Below are positions 36,036 to 51,534 of a stretch of DNA of 64,000 nucleotides, piece after piece. This DNA is from Octopus vulgaris (taxonomy: Eukaryota), in the NCBI GenBank assembly GCA_951406725.2, contig OX597827.1, forward strand, positions 52,328,001 to 52,392,000. Direction: 5' to 3'. A program made the position numbers and the translations under genes. The notes under the pieces are model-generated. The model saw only the letters and a program-made list of their open reading frames with translations, was not told the DNA's origin and searched no databases. Numbering within the stretch: the first letter of the stretch is position 1; each line of letters begins with the position of its first letter.

Positions 36036-39000
36036 TTCGGACATGCCAACACATAAAAATACCAGTCCATGTTGGCTGTATTTGAAAGAAGTAGAATTGA
36101 GTTCTAGATGGATGAACACAAATGTTTTAGAAGAAGAAGAAGAAGAAGAAGAAAAAGGAAGCAAAAGAAAAATGAAAAAAGCCTGGAATGATAGCTCGGC
36201 GTCTAGATGCATTGCCAGACAGATCAATGTATTTGGCTAACTTTCCATTGTTAACCCTATCTGGTTATCATCTGAACACTAGCTATCAGAGAACAAATTA
36301 ATCTGGCAACATCTTTGCTTGCTTGTTTTCATTCATTGCGATCTTATATTACTACTAGGAGGCATTGAATTTGTTTTTCTAATGAGAAACCTTTTTCCTT
36401 TTTGTATTCTTTGGAAATTTTTAAATTATATTTTAGGTATTATTTTTTTAAAGTGTTTTTACTTTTCATTATAAATATATAGGTATATGTGTGGAGTTTA
36501 ACACACACACACACATACATAAGCATAAATATATAAATATATATATGTATATATATATTTATGTATGTACATGTATGTATATATATTTGTGTATGTGTGT
36601 GTGTGTGTGTATATATATATTATATATGTGTATATATATATATATATATGTGGTTGTTATTTATTTTTGTTTTATATGTATAAGCAAATTCATTGCAAAA
36701 AAAAAACAAAAAACTTGTAACTCATGGAAAGATACAAGAACTTGAATTCCTCTCTATTTGAAATAGAATGCAAGTATTGCTTGGTTGCTCATAGATCTAG
36801 AAACAGCAATCTACAACTCGTATGTCTATTCCATATTGTTTTATGAAATTAATAATATATTAAATGAGATAAGAGGTTGCTGGCCAACCAACCAAAGCTA
36901 TGGTAGTTGTTTTGCTTTGCTTATTTGCTGGCACAGTAAATGTGACTTGGTAAAACAATTCAAGTGTTCTATAACCAATTTTGGCACTTCATTTAGAAGA
37001 AAACTATTGCAGCAGTCTTTAAAGTCTGCTACATATAAAACAATTCCTCCCAAGGTTTTTTTTCTTTTTTTTTCCCCCATCTTTTGGGTTGGCTTTTTTT
37101 TTTTTAATATTTGTGGTCAGGCCAATATTTTGATAACTCTATATTTGATCAACCTTAAAAATTTGGTCTCTTAATTGTGAAGACAAATGGGTTATATTAT
37201 AATTGGCCTCTTTTCCTGCTCACTCAGTCACACTCATCCTTTCTTCAAAGTTTTTTTAAAAGTATTATATTTTATTTTTTTATGCATTTTTCTTTTTGTA
37301 ATATTTTTATTTTGCTTAGAGTATATGCATAGATGTGTGCACAAGCATATTTGCATTTCTCTAGGTACTTGCCAGTTCCTCTCACATACTGCCATTTGTT
37401 GAAACTAATATTACTACTATCAACTATACCACCATTAACAAAAATAATGATAATAATAATAATAATGATAACGATGATAATTCTGTAAAATGAATTACAT
37501 TTACCACAATATATTCCAAGTATGTCCAGCAATGCAACAATTGGCTTAACAAATGAAGTGAACAAAATATAAAATGAACTGAAACTAATAACAAAGATAG
37601 AAACTTGCTCTTCTCTCTAAGAACACAAATTTGAATGGAAAAGTTAAAATCCCAAACCTAAAACATGTTCAATGTCTAGGATTTGGGAGATGAGGGATGT
37701 GTCATTATGAACCAAAGCTATGTTATATATTTTAAATGAAAAATATTCAGAAAATGTGTTAAAGACTTCAACTATATTATTACTACTATTACTGCCAACA
37801 AAAACAACTATATCAACAGCAACAACTTAATTATTGAACCAGTAGATATAATGATATTTTATAGACTGTTGATACATTCTATATTGCCAGAAATGAAATG
37901 ACTGAGCAGAAAAGGTATTGGACTAACAGACTTATTTATTGTGAGTTCCGAACTTGCTGCAATGCCTTGTGCTTTTAGCTATGGAGCTTAACTTGGACTT
38001 AGTTCACATAGATAAACAGGTCTGGGGACATTGTTTAGTCTTTATATCAACTCAGAGAACTACTTCACTGAATCTTTCCCAAGAAAATGTTGCATTTGAA
38101 GCATCTTTATTGGCAGTGTTACCAGTTCTTTGCAACTCAGTGACCAATACTACCATTCTTTGTGTTTAGATGCCTCTAGATTCTGTGAACAGTAGAAGCT
38201 GTTGTCTTTGGTAGATTATGCAATGTTGGAGTAAAGATGTTTTGTAACTGTTTATCAAAGTGAGATGGGGTTTACTAATAATAAGCATATAACATTTTTC
38301 TTGACTGACTTTCAACTTATGAACTTCAAAATGGAGGTAGCTACAACTTTGATCAGTTTGTTTGGTTTCACCTCTGAATATTGGAAGTATCAGGAGAAGA
38401 AATTATACTCCCCTTGATGCAACTAGTTTGGTTTTAGACTTTAGTTGGCTTGATCTCTAACCCATGGAGACCATTATTTAGGCAGTCTTACTTCTGACTA
38501 ATCTAATAAATTTTATTGGATTCATGGAGTAAGGTTTGTTAGAAAAGCTCATTTCTAGTAAATCTACTCTTGAACCACATCATGCCATGCCATTCCTTTC
38601 ACTTAGATTATATGTGGATGGTGTGCACACACATACAGGTGTACAGGCATTCCTTATGTTACAAAAGCATTGCATTTGTGAAACCTGTTTCCCGTTGACT
38701 TCCATGTCACATGGAAGTTGTGGGAAAATATGTTTCATGATACAAAATTTCACATTTATGGCAAAATTTGGGGGAATATAATGCTTCCATAACATAAGAA
38801 ATGCTTATACATACATTTGCATAGTAGCATGCAAGATTTGTTGATTGTAATATTTGAATATGTTTATATATTTGTGTGTGTGAAACACACACATGCATGT
38901 GTGTGTTTATGTAATGGCATGGTTACATAATTCTGGGTGACAGTGACTATTTTGCAACGTTGAGGGATGGCTTACTTATATGGCATTACATGTGTCCATA

Positions 39001-40213
39001 ATTTCTGTCTGTTATTCTGCAGGCATTACCTATTCATAGCTTTATTGAAACTGCACAAGTTCAACTTCCACTCCCAATAGCAACAAAAAAATATATGTAT
39101 TATCAAGTTGCCCATGGCTACCAAAATTAACTAGCTAGTGTTTTTTTTCTTCTGTTTCTTATTAAAAAAAAACACAAGCAGATTTTATATTTCAGTGGAA
39201 TAGCATACACCATTTGTCAACCTAGGTGTTGTTGATTGTATCTATGAGCTGTTAAAATGGTATGTATGTGTATAAAGTGTGTCTGTGTTTGTATATGTTC
39301 ATCTGTAAAATGCATCTATGTATATACATGCATTTGTGCAACATATTAACACATTCACATTGATAAATTATATGCTTCTATTTCCTCACATACAAACAAG
39401 CATATACATACCTTCTTGATTACTGATGTGTGTATGTCTTGTTAAACAGAAAGTTGAAGACTTTTTTATGTATGTATTATTATTATTGATAATGTTTTTT
39501 AAAATTTTTATTTATATTTTTGGCTTGATCTTGTTATGCTAAATGTTCTATTTTTATTGTATTTTTTATTTGTTTTATTTTTTAAATAAACAAACCGAGA
39601 ACCATTTTCACTGAAGATTGGAAGATATGTAAAAAAAAAAAAAAAACACTAATAATCCTTATAAAGAACAAGACAAGATAGTTTTCATTTTGTTTTGTTT
39701 CTTAAAATATTTTTTTGAAGACAGAAGAGAAAAGAAAAACATTTTGTAATGAAAAAAAGACAAAAAAGTTTTATTTATTTTTTTTAAGGTGAAAAATGTT
39801 CTCTTTTTTTCCCCTCTCCAATTTGTAAATCTTTTACCTGTTTCTTCTCTTCCTATAACCTTTCTTGTCACTTACAGAATTAATACAAAAAAGAATTTAA
39901 ATCTATTTATTCCACTTTTTTATATTTTATATTTCTCTAAGCGTGTTCTCCTTTTGATCTCTCTGCTTCTTCTCCAATTACTCTCCCCAATCTTTATTAG
40001 CCAGGTTATTAACATCACTTTGCTTGTCCTTCAATTGGAACACTTATTTATATATTTTTTTAATAATTTGGGAATAATTCTTACCTTTATACCTCCATTC
40101 CCTTTCTCTCTGCTCTCCACTCAGTTTCTGTTCTTTTTATGTCAAATATCCTCTGTTAGCAGTGTACATTGAAGTCCTTTAAAGCAGAAAGGACGTTAAT
40201 GAGACCAGTCACA

Positions 40214-40249
<36 letters not shown>

Positions 40250-40626
40250 CACACATACACACACACACGCACACACATACACACACACACTACTTCTTTT
40301 TCATAGCAGAAGTGATAGAGCACCTGACAAAATGCCTTGAAGTATCCTGTTTATCTTCTTAATTCAAATTTTTCTGGAGTTGATGAAAATAATTAACATT
40401 TAAGTAAATATAAACAACACTCTTGCCCAAAATCTGTGACTTTGTGCTAATGTTAGAGACTTTCATCAAATTTGTTTCTCTTTTATTATCTAGGAAATTT
40501 TTTCATGATGTCACCAGAAGGGAGAAAGCTTTGTTTATCTTCCTCTGTCTTCCATTTATTAATTTTTTTTTTTCCCCCTTTTTGCTTCAAGGCTAGTTTT
40601 CTTATTCACCATCTCTCTCTCTCTCT

Positions 40627-40661
<35 letters not shown>

Positions 40662-43600
40662 CTCTCCACTTTTTGTTTCTCATCTTCAATTTGATTGATC
40701 TCACTGACTTGTGTTGATAAAATAATTCTATCTGTTGCTGTATGTAACAGTAACCAACACTTCAAGCTGGTGAAGCTTGGGGATGTGAAGCATAACTTGA
40801 CTGGATACGAGGTTTGCAAGAGATATATTTCATGGAGAACACCAAGAAAGAATTAACAAAGGTTTTTTTTTATTAGTGAATGCAAAGTAAATCCTTGAGA
40901 GCAACAACAACAACAGCAGAACTAGCAGCTAAATGTCTATTGTATAATGTTTAGGCTATTTGGAAAATATTTTTTTCCTAAAGACTTTTTTTAATATGGA
41001 TTTATATAGATATTCAAATTTTTTAACTTCATATGCACATAAAAACCCCTTTCTCAAATATAAATGCACAATATTCATCAGCGCTTATTGCAAAAATTCT
41101 CCTTCATATATCTACATTGTCATACATATACCTGCGTGCACACACACACACACACGTACACAAAAACAAGTGTGTATGTAATGTTTATTATATACATGTT
41201 TATGTTTCTATTATACATGCATATATATCTGTATGTGTGTATATATATATGCCTACGTATGTATATGATTTTATATTTGTGTTTGTGTGTATATACATAT
41301 GCATATAGGTATATATATGTATGTGTGTGTGTGTGTGTGTATACACACACCCACCCTTGAATGTGTATATGCATATGTATGTGTGTATATATATTCATAT
41401 ACTTACACACATATATGCATATATTTGTACATACATGCACAAATACACTCACACACATGCATACACAAACAGGGTGATTTAGAACTTCCTTTAGCATCTA
41501 AGTGATATCTAAAAATTTTATTTTTTATTTTGTTACAATTTTGTTTTGTATATATTTTTAATACACTCTTTCCTATTTTTGTTGTGAATATCTTTTGATA
41601 AATATATATATTGTTTTGTATATTTTAGTAGAATATCATTATATAACAATAAGAGAATATTCCTTGTCTTGAAACTGTCACAATAATGGTAATCCTGTTC
41701 ATTTGTCTGGGCATACCTAGTACATTTGCCCGGGGTGCTCCAGGCAGCTAGCAGTATGAATGGCAGGGCAGTAGACAAGCTATCCTGGAATCCCTGAGCT
41801 GTGACAGTCAAAGTAGGACTGGGATCTGGAGGCATTTAATGAATGTAATGGGAAAGTTGGTGAAGGCTGTGGTGAAGAGATCGGAGTTGCGAGGGAGTAA
41901 TACTGAATGAGAGATATAATATCTTAGAAGCGCAAATGACCTCAGTTGTTAGCCAGTTTATATTAATGCTAAAGAGTTATTAATCACCATGTGTATGTAT
42001 TTGTGCTTGTATATTTGCATGTGTAGACATGTATGTGTGTGCATATATATGCTTATATGTGTGTGTGTCTGTGTATGATTGTGTATACACACACACACAC
42101 ACACAAACATATATATATATATACATACATATATATATAATATTTGTGTGTGTTGTGTATGCACATATCTCTACCTAACCTAATCTGTGTTTGGCACATA
42201 GCCTTAATATTACTGTTTTGCTGGTTGTATGTTTGTTGCTTGTCTGTCTGGGGGTGGGATGTCATTTTGTTTGATTAAAAAATTTTTGTGTATTTTTTTT
42301 AATATCTTATTATTTTGCCTTGGAAATTTTATTTATTTTTGTAATCTCCATAACAATAATGAAGGAGTGAACCTTCAAAGAATGGGTTGAGATGATCTAA
42401 TTAAGTGTGCAATATGTATTAAAACATTTGCACCAGATATGTAATTGAAGAGGGCAGGTTAAGCAAAGGTTGATATCCAATACTCTGAAACTACTTAAAC
42501 CATTAATGTTTATCTGCCCTCTTCTTTCTCCTTCTTAAATAATTTGCTACATTGCTTATAATCTAGTCAAAAAAAAAAAGGAAAGCATGTGTGTGTGTGT
42601 GTGTGTATTTATATATATATATATATATATACACACACATACACGCACAAACACACATGCATACACATACACACAAACACATAGTTTGGTTTTGTAATTG
42701 ATTTTTTTATTGAGTTGTTTTAGTGATTGTGAGGAGGAACTGCTGTAATATTTCTGAAAAAAAAAAAAAAAATCAGGTGTTGGTATATTGGAAAAGAAAA
42801 AGCAAGAAATTGTTGTTTTTATCAAGATTATGTATCACTAATTTCTTGACAGTGAGGCTACTTTCTTTTTTAATTAGTGTTAATCAACCACTCACCTTTT
42901 AAATTTTTCCTTTTTATTTTCTTACCTAATCCTACTTTTTTGCTAATTACCATGATGTTATTTATGAAAGGCTGTGGACCTAATACACAGCCAGATAATC
43001 ATACTAAAAGTTTAAACTTAGATTTTTTTTTCTATAAAGCAACTTATATATTGTGTGTGCATGTGTGAGTGCATTTGTGTATATGTATGTTTATATGTGT
43101 CTGTATCCAAGTACACCTGTTTATATGAAAATATATAACATTTTCTTTGTACTCTCAGGTGACGTAGTTCGATACAGGCATTAAAATATATAACAAACTC
43201 TGGATACATTTCCTCTGGGGTACCACTCTTTCTTCTTTTTAAATGTTTATAGATAGTGGATTTCAGTAAATGAAAAGGTAAAGTTTTGTTTATTAGTAAC
43301 TGATGTATTGATACTTCATAATGTTCTTGAATATTTTATTAATTTGTGGTTTCTGCAATTGTCTTGTTCTAAGTGGCTATTTATTCATTTTTTTTTTCTT
43401 CTGTGGACTGCAGCTAGAATTATCAGAAGTAGTGTATGCAATGATAAGTAGTAGCATTTTAATCTCGCACAATATCCTGGCTAACCTAATTCTTAATTAT
43501 TTTTTTTTTAAGTATCAGCTTAAGCTGACATGCTTCAAAGTTCTAAAATCCTTAATATCAAATTGGCACTGTCACTAGTACTTTGTACGAGTTGCCAGAA

Positions 43601-46600
43601 CAGATAAATACATTGTTGATATCTTAAATAGACTCAGCAACAAAATCAATGTTGTTGTGATATTAGACTATGCTGGGTTATTCTTTGTCAAGCTTTTTGT
43701 CATCAATTATTAATTACATAGCTTTTTTACCTGTCTGTTAGGTTCATTCTACAAATTATAGATTTAAGAATAGCTTATTGTTTTCATATTCTTTCCTCTA
43801 CTGCTGGAAGTTGTGGACAAGCCCCTTCTGTCGCATAAGTATATTGGTGGTGGTGTTGTTGTTGCTGTTGTTGTTTTGTTGTTGTTGATAACCTTATAGA
43901 TAATCTATTTTTTTATGGAATAATTTGATTTTTGTTATTTATATGACACACTTTCCTTTCCTTATTTAAACCTCCAAATGGTCCTGAGAGGATTATAGTT
44001 TTTTTGCTGGGGAATTTTTATTTTAAATTTTAACTTTCTGCAATTTCTTGCTTTCCCTAATTTAAGTTTCATCCTGTGATGTGACACAGGCCAGGCATGT
44101 ACCATACATTTTTGGTATACAAGCAGACACTTAACATTTTGTATATCTTGAGAAAAAAGCAATTTATATTTCATAGTCCACAAAGCTGAGAATGGAAATT
44201 TTTGCCAGGTTTTTATATTTTCTTTGCTTTGAAATATTAATTGATGTTAACTGATAAAGCAAAATTTAATCCCAATTCTCTGTGAAACTTAAGCTCTGTG
44301 TATGGTCATTAGTTTTATTTAGATAAATGCAAAATAATAATTATTTTGATAAACATAAAATAATAAAAGTTGATTAATATCCTACATTTCATTGTTGCCG
44401 AACAAAACATGTTTAATTTTAAATTAATTTGACTTACAGGAAAATAGATATTATCAGGCCCTCTGGAAAAATTACCTCTGATGGACTAGCACTCTATCCT
44501 GATAAAACATTTTTCTTACCTACTTCATAGCTAATACAAATTTTATGAGTCACTAGGTTTTGCAAGTAATTTAAGAATTGCTGTTATATCTCCTTCCTGT
44601 CTCTCTTTACCAACTTATGAGAGTGAGAAAGAACATTCATTATTCTTAATGGAAATACAAAAACTAAAATTTCCACAAAAATCTTAAAGCATTGTTTATA
44701 AAAAAAAAAAAATCTCCTACTAGACACCTGTTACATTATTTTAGTGTGTGTGTGTGTGTGTCTAACACTGCAAAGCATCTGTCTTTTTGAAGTCTCTAAG
44801 CTGTTCAAGACTATTATATTTTTAGACCAATCACCTGCCCAACTTTTATCTGTTACACCTACTCTTAAGTTTCTTAATTTTATTATATTCCCAAAATTTC
44901 TTAATAATTATCAGAAACTCTGAGAGTTGAATGAATAGTGAGTTTAATTTTCATCCCTTAACAGTATTTTCAATCATAACAGCTTATTCAAATTTATCGG
45001 TATCTCTTGAGTATCATTTGGTTAAGCACATTTTAGACGTTAGAACAAGGAAGGATTTGACTGAAACAAAAACTTATTTTGCTGCTTTGGTTGCAGAATT
45101 GTGTGTTATGACATGTGTTTAAAATTTTACATTTGAAAATATTAAATAGTTTAATACATGCTGTGGGCCATATTGTAGGATACAAGTGTTTAATTGATGG
45201 CTGGCTAGAACATCAAATTTTCCCTAGTTTACATTTGAACACCATTTCATTTTGTCATTTAATTAGTATTGTTTGTAAAGATTTCTTACCGTTTTAATCT
45301 ATTTGTATAGAAAATTTATCTTAATGACTTTTATTGAATTTTCTGCTTCACTTACATTGCTAATATTCTTAGGATATATATATCTTTAAGACCTCAGGCA
45401 GGCCAAATATATTATATTACAAAAATATTAATGTTTGACTACATGAAAGCTTGTATGCTATAATGTATTTCTGGTACTATACTTCTTTTAATGGTGAAAG
45501 ACAAAATCATCCCTAGAGGGATTAGAACACAGAGCAATGAGAAACTAACCTTTGCATACTGTAAAACTTCAAAAATGTTTTCCTAATAATTATAATTTCT
45601 AATGCAGAAGGCCAGAAACTAGAGGGAACAATATCAGAGCTTGACTTATTAATTTCATCAAGCCTGGATGAGTGAAAAAAAAAGAAGTTGACTTCGGCAG
45701 TTTGAACCAGATCATAAAAGGACCCAACTAAATTGTACAAGATATTTTGTCCATTACACTACCAATTCTGTTAATCCAGTTATAAATGATAATTACCATG
45801 AGTAATATTTGATTAAATTACCAGAGAAAGGTCTTGACTAATTGAGTTTGCTTTCAGTTGAAACAACATTAAGAACTTTGCAAATGACTTTAAAGCCATT
45901 ATGTATTCCCCTCCTTTGTAAATGTAAGGCTTCAGGCTTATATAAGAAATCATTATTATGAGAAAGTCTAATAGATGGCAAAACTAGCAGAACATTGGTC
46001 AGATCTAGAGTCAACTTTACCTTTCATCCTTCTAGGGACAACAAAACAAGCAACATTCAAATACTGGTTGATTACATCACCTCACCTTGAAATTGTGGCC
46101 TTGTTCCAAAGTAACAAAATGTTATGTCTGTGAAGCTGCAGAAGTTGTAACAGACTGAACAAAAAGCTTTGCAGTATTTACTTGGAACTTTCTGAGTTGA
46201 AATTCTGTCATGGTTGACTTCTGCTTTTCATTTACCTGGAGCCAATAGAAGTACCAGTAATATATAAAGATAGAAATTATATTTATTATATCTATTTTAT
46301 TTGGCATATGTCAATGAATTTTTTGCATTTGAAATAGGCACTTTAGCTTCAATGTTCAGTTGGAGCAACCTCATTTAATGTCATAATGTTCTTTGGCAAG
46401 ACATGAATACTACACCTCCAACTGTTCATAACCCAATGCTTCAATAAAGAAACCATCATTCTAACACCTACTCTAGTCAGGGCATGCTTACTTAGTATAT
46501 ATTTTGAATTGTATAATTCATAGGATATGTAGTGATAGTGATTTTGTTTCGTTGTTTCTAAACATTTGCGAGTTTTGATGTGTATTTTTTGCTGCAAAGT

Positions 46601-49400
46601 ATTGATTACTTCTAAGCTGTTATTCTAGGACATTAGGACTGTTGTTAATCAGGAATATTTCTTGTCTTTGGAACACTATTTTGGCTATTTTTCAAGTCAG
46701 GTGACAATTTGGCAAGTCTTTAGATGCTTTATTGATTTCACCCCTTTTGGTTGATAACAACTATGGAAAACATTTCAGTATTTCATTCCCTCTTTCTCTC
46801 CATTGATAACTGATCATTTTTATTGTTATACATGAGGTATGACTGGATAACTTTTTTTCTGGCTTCTGTGATTGTGTGTAGCTATATCTATATGTATGCA
46901 TTGCTATCACTATATGTGTGCATACATACAGGAATGTATAACAGATGTCTGTCATTTTGACTTTCCTTCAGTCTATGATCATTTTTTCTTTTTAAAGTGA
47001 GAGAGTAGTGTTAAAACTGTAACTTGACAGAATCATAGAACCCAATACCCTGATTTCTTTGATAGTTGGAAATCATACTCCATTTCTGTTTTCGGTACAG
47101 CTGTCGTTCTTGGCTAAACATGGCAGCTTGTATTCCACATTAGTCAGTTAATTTCATTCTGCTTGTCAGCCATTCCTCATTGCTTAGTAGAAATGAAAAC
47201 GCCAGGATGATATGTTTAAACCTACTCTGTTTTGTTGGGCAAATAAAAATATCTACCCAATTTACTTAATTTCATATTGTCTGCCTACAATAGACTTAAG
47301 GACAGATTTTTTTTTTCTCTCAGACATTTCTCCGTTATGAAATCAGAGCTATTCACAATCATTTAAAAAAAGCACTTAGAAATATTTACTACTTCTCTGA
47401 ATGCTTTATTTGCACTTAGAGGGACATTAGCTGGAAAGGCTCAGTATCTTTAAGTAAAATAGCAAATTAAGCAGTAGCAGTGATATAAAAATGCTCAACT
47501 AATTTGATCAAGATGCTTACACTGTTTCTGCTTAACCCTTCTATATTGTACATGCACAATTATATACATACAAGCGTTTTCTGCAACTTGATAATGCATA
47601 ACTTTGCTGTATCATTTATTTATGCCACCTTCTTCCTCACTAAACAGTTACCAGAGAGTTAACATTTCTCTTTCCCTTCTCATCCATTTAATTGTCCTGC
47701 ATATACAATTGTCATTTTACATTTCCTTCTTCAACTCTTTTGGTTTGATTCTGTAGAAACTACCTCCAGATTTTGTATTGTTTGGTGGCATGTCTTTTGA
47801 CTTCACTCCTTCCCTTTAATATAGGTTCTTAAAATAAACATTATTTTTGATCTCTATATTAAAGAAAATCTTTTAATTCTTAGTCCTTTGAAAATCTCTG
47901 TTTTTTCTTTCTTTTTTTTTTTTTTGTCCTTCAATTCTGTCCATTCAGTTCACAGTAATAGCTTGTTTTCAATTGGTGTGTAAGTTTATTCTAATTCGTT
48001 TCAAATCCATTTTCATTAATGTTTTTGAATATAGTAGTTATCAATATAAAGGAACCATAAGATTCTTTTTTGCTTTATACTTTATCATTATTTTTATTAT
48101 AATGATAAACAAGACTCTGTGGTTTCTTTGTCAAATTTGTATATTTCAAATACTTATATAATTTAATTTTGTAACTGGCAGGAACTTAACTCATAAAGCA
48201 GTGAAAGGTGAATGCCAGAAGAATATGGGCAATATACAGCTATTGTTATACTCTAGTCATCTCCCTTTGGAATTAATCACCACTATACAAATGACTTACG
48301 CTTCTTTTATTGATCACTGGTCATTCTACATGCTAGGCTATAATTTCAATAGGAAAACAAAAAAGTGAAATGAAAAATGTTCAGATAGGCTTGTATTTCT
48401 ATTTTTATATATATATATATGTGCGTGTTTATATTAAAATATTTATTTATTATAACTTAATATAGTCCATCTTTCCAAAGGATACCAAGTTGACAGAAAT
48501 AGAGCGCTGGACTAAATTATATTGTTTTGTTCCTTTATATTCCAGGTTCAATTCCCATCTTCTTGACTACTTTCATCTTTCTGAGATTGATAAAATAAAT
48601 ACCAGTAAAATATTGTTTTCTATTTACTTTTCATTACAAACTTTGACTTCTTGCCTAATCAAAAGATATGACAGTTTTTTAATCAGTCCATTTGTGTTTT
48701 ATTTCCTGAACCTCACACACCTCCTTGTTCTTTTCGTTTTTAATGAATTTCGTTTTGTGATTTAAAAAAAAAAAAAATTCTGTGTAAACCAGCATTCGGA
48801 CAATTCACATTTTTACTTGAGCTTCTGTGACGTTTTTTTTTTTCTTCTTTTTATAACTAAATGGGATTTGAATACCAACACCTTTAAAAAAAAAATATTT
48901 AAAACTACATTTTAGTTTTTTTTTTCTTTGAAATATTTCTGTATTTCTCAGATTTCTAGTTATTCTCTGTCATTATGAAACTAGTTGTTCATGTATAATT
49001 TTTTTAATGTTATTTTATTGTGTGAGATATTTACTAGACCCTGCACCTCCCCTAGAAGAACCAACCCTCTCAATGTTTTTGACAGTCATATTGCATTTTA
49101 TAGTTTTTGTTTATATTTTTTGTTTGTTTTTGATTTTTTTTTTTCAATTTTATTTTGCCAAATAGCTATTTTATATGAAGATAAAACATAACATTGACAA
49201 AGGATAACACATAAGAGAAATGCACATGCATGCATACACACATACAAACAAATACAATTATTTTTCCTTTCATTTTTCTCGTATATATTATTTTTTTGCA
49301 ATGTTTTTTGCTAATTTATTCATTCAGTTCTAATTTATACTTGGAAAGAGACCATAAAAATATAATTTGGAATAATAAATATTTAATTTATAAAAAAAAT
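36036..49400 (+). promoter_or_regulatory. Putative long 3' UTR of the CPEB gene (end uncertain)
   Basis: U-rich, no recognisable LINE bodies, many TTTTAT/TTTTAAT motifs; AATAAA e.g. at 38505, 39585, 49374; dense repeats resume near 49870. Confidence 0.45.
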
Positions 49401-49869
49401 TTTTAACTTTTAAACTATAATTTTTCTAAAAACTTGTGAAAAAAAGTTTATAAATTAAAAAAATTGCATCAGTTGATACCCTTGAAAATACCCCCAAATT
49501 CTATTTTCTTTCCCTTTATCTTTAGTTTATTTTTTTATTCATCTTTTTAATTAACTTATTTATTCAAGTACTGATTTGTCCCTTTTTTTTATTATTACAA
49601 TTTTGTTGTTAAATTAAAGGCAAAAACTGTACAAACAATATATTGTTCAACTGGCTTGTCTGTCTTTCGCTAGTTCATGCTAATGATGATAATTACAATG
49701 ATGCTGGTGATGGTTGTGGTGTTGATGCTGATGTCATGCTTATTGATAATGATTGGTCCATTCACATACTGATTTTCAGAGTTACAAACCCCCCCCCCCC
49801 CCAAATTACCCTTCAAAGCAACAAACAATAATAGTCCCCTAGACTGCCTCCTTATACAATTACACAATT

Positions 49870-50740
<871 letters not shown>

Positions 50741-51088
50741 ATGGGTGCAGGAGTGGCTGTGTGGTAAGTAACTTGCTTACCAACCACATTATTCTGGGGT
50801 CAGTCCCACTGTATAGCGTCTTGGGCAAGTATTTCTAGTATAGTCTCGGACCAACCAAAGCCCTGTGAGTAGATTTGATAGAAAGAAGCCCATCGTATAT
50901 ATGTGTGTGTGTTTGTTTACCCACCACCACCATCACTTGACAACTGATGCTGGTGTGTTTGTCCCTGTAACTTAGCGGTTCGGCAAAAAGTCCGATAGGA
51001 TAAGTCCTGGGGTCGATTTGCTCGACTAAAGGCGGTGCTCTAGCATGGCCTCAGTCAAATGAGTGAAACAAATAAAAGAATAAAAGAA
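50741..51088 (+). mobile_element. tRNA-derived SINE
   Basis: ggagtggctgtgtggtaag, ttcagtcccactg-like B box region, A-rich tail; related copy inverted at 53395-53810. Confidence 0.8.
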
Positions 51089-51160
51089 AAAGGAATCCTT
51101 TATATATATATATATATATGTATGCACTACATATATACATTAACATTATATATATGTATG

Positions 51161-51201
<41 letters not shown>

Positions 51202-51426
51202 ATGTATATATATATACATACACGTATATACACTGTTTTATTCTTTTACTTGTTGAGCAAATTGACACGGACTCTGCTTCTTTGTAAGCTTAGTAATTAG
51301 TCTATCGGTTCTCTTTGCTGAACCGCTAAGTTTCAGGGTACATATATATATGTATGTGTGTGTATTTTTATGTATGTGTATGTATGTATATATATGTATG
51401 TATATGTATTTATGTATGTGTGTGTG

Positions 51427-51490
<64 letters not shown>

Positions 51491-51534
51491 TATACTATGT
51501 ATACTATATATATATATTGAGATATGCTTGTGTA

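Noticed and set aside
35926-36240. 104-aa alternative-frame ORF overlapping the last exon (also antisense ORF 35829-36227)
   Set aside because: No true ATG start, extended by a (GAA)n repeat, and no splice path seen that enters this frame.
41754-41792. SECIS-like ATGA...AA...GA
   Set aside because: Helix II does not pair, spacing is wrong, and no in-frame TGA exists in the visible CDS.
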